A DNA stretch of 64,000 nt from Mobula hypostoma (lineage: Eukaryota). Position numbers and translations under genes: made by a program. Shown in pieces: positions 62,396 through 64,000 of this stretch; within the stretch, counting starts at the first letter, position 1, and every line of letters begins with the position of its first letter. The notes beneath the pieces were generated by a model. The model was not told the origin of the DNA. It saw only the letters and a list, made by a program, of their open reading frames with translations, and made no database searches. The stretch lies in contig NC_086108.1 of assembly GCF_963921235.1 (NCBI RefSeq), forward strand, positions 83,578,001 to 83,642,000, read 5' to 3'.

Positions 62396-64000
62396 TTAAT
62401 ATTTGGCAGGACTATTGGTCTCCTTTTGTGTTTGGGCATCCACATTGTATTTCATTTGCCACATTGTTGTCTACTCAGCTTGTCCACATCCCCTTAATGC
62501 TTCAGTATACTTGCTATAGTGGGAGTATAGCAAGGATTCACTAGACTGAGAATGTTGTATGAGGTGAGAGGTCTAGGCTATAAACAGAATAATAATCAAA
62601 AATTCTGTTATGTAAAGTGCCTCATGTTGAAGCCGTTAAAGAACAAAAATAAATTTTAGATGATCAATGCAAAATGAGAGAACTCTAATTTAGAGAACCC
62701 ACTGAGATATGGGGACTGGCTGATTCAGTGATGGTGTGCAAATGCATTTCAAGGAGAAGTAATTAGGCCTGATCCAGTCTGATTGGCCATTGTTTTTTTG
62801 GGATGTGAATGCAGTCTGTCACTTTCCAGCTTAAGCCTAGGTGTTCTCCAGCTCTTGCAGTATATGGGATACAGTAGATATACGGTGAAAGGTAGAAGGT
62901 TGAGATGGGAGCTAAGAGAATTTCTTTCACCATTTGTTCAAATCCAGTCTAGCACTATATAATTCAGGACCATTTGTTCCAGTTTGGTCAGTAGTGCTCC
63001 TGTTAAGCTCTAGGTTATTATTTATTAAAGTTTCTTGCCCATTATACTTTCTGGTGCCATTCATGCATCCTCCCATTTATGTTCAATGTGAAGAAACCCT
63101 GATTCATCAGCTGATGGGACTGTAAACAAAAATATACAGGAGGTTTCCTAAACCATACTCATGTAATCCAGAGTCAATAACTGGGGCCTCCCCTTGGCAT
63201 TCCTTCATGAGCTTTATGGTCCTCTTCTTTCTACTCTGGTCAGTCTGCCCTACCACTGCTAGAATGCATGGTGATGTGTCTGGGAGGTTATACGTCAGGT
63301 ATGATGTTTTGACCATGATTCTACCAGACTGTTGCTTGTCTAGTCTGTGGGCAGTTCTAATTTTGACACTACTACCCAGATGAGTTTGCAGGGCTGACTG
63401 TTCTTATGCCTTGATTCTATGCCAAGGCAGCAAATGAGTAATCCATTTGGATTTAATTTTATTTTCTTATTTGGTGGTTTGATGAATTTGAGTATCTTGT
63501 TTACACAACAGTTTAAAGCCGATGTCATTAGTGTTAGATTGAGTTTAAAATACGGTAAATTTCATTCCCTAAAGGAAATCAATAAAAGAGCGGATTTTTA
63601 CAGCAGTCCAACAGCTTCTTGACCACTTTTACTCGTATCCATTACTTATTTTTGGGTAATCTTGCATAGGATTAAAATTTTCTACACGCATAGTGATATT
63701 TGAACCTGGATCCCTTGGAATATATATCCACTCTCCTGGAACTACATAATCTGAGGTAATGTTATTATACGAACAGTAAAAATTTCCTTACTCTGCAAAA
63801 TTAAAAGAAAAGCAGTGGAATTATAGGAAGTCTAAAATTAAAAATTCAACAGGCAGCATCAATAGAGTAACAAAGTCAATCTTGAACACAAAGGACTAAC
63901 CATCAAAGCTGGAATTAGAAATGTAGACCCAAGACATTAGGGAGCTAAGAAACAAGAAGAGAGCTGAGTAGATTTATGATTTAGAAACACAGAAACATAG

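Noticed and set aside
62700..63340. Possible old LINE endonuclease remnant (also about 55880-56460)
   Set aside because: Too degraded to support a call without alignment.

Overview
Vertebrate genomic DNA, most likely a cartilaginous fish (inferred from the CR1/Penelope/V-SINE repeat landscape). The only host gene I can support is the 5' part of PIF1 (5'-3' DNA helicase) on the minus strand. It has a putative non-coding exon 1 (donor at 24879), an NF-Y/CHR-type cell-cycle promoter, and seven coding exons (22881 down to 1629) whose splice phases chain correctly; one intron needs a GC donor, and the gene continues past position 1. The rest is transposon-dense: many CR1 fragments, Rex-Babar, Nimb/I, R4, RTE, Tx1, Gypsy, solo LTRs, SINEs, Tc1, hAT and Chapaev3. 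The most unusual items are: (1) a 1.67-kb fold-back Tc1 made of two inverted transposase 3' halves inside PIF1 intron 2, a potential long-hairpin RNA source; (2) about ten Penelope pseudo-LTR copies carrying minimal hammerhead-ribozyme motifs, including a 102-bp ribozyme-only insertion with a 14-bp target duplication; (3) a hAT family with 6-bp rather than 8-bp target duplications; (4) a nest of Chapaev3 > Nimb/I > (CR1 tail, Rex, Penelope) with recoverable TSDs; (5) an isolated perfect 32-bp-arm palindrome. Repeat family names come from motif recognition, not database searches.
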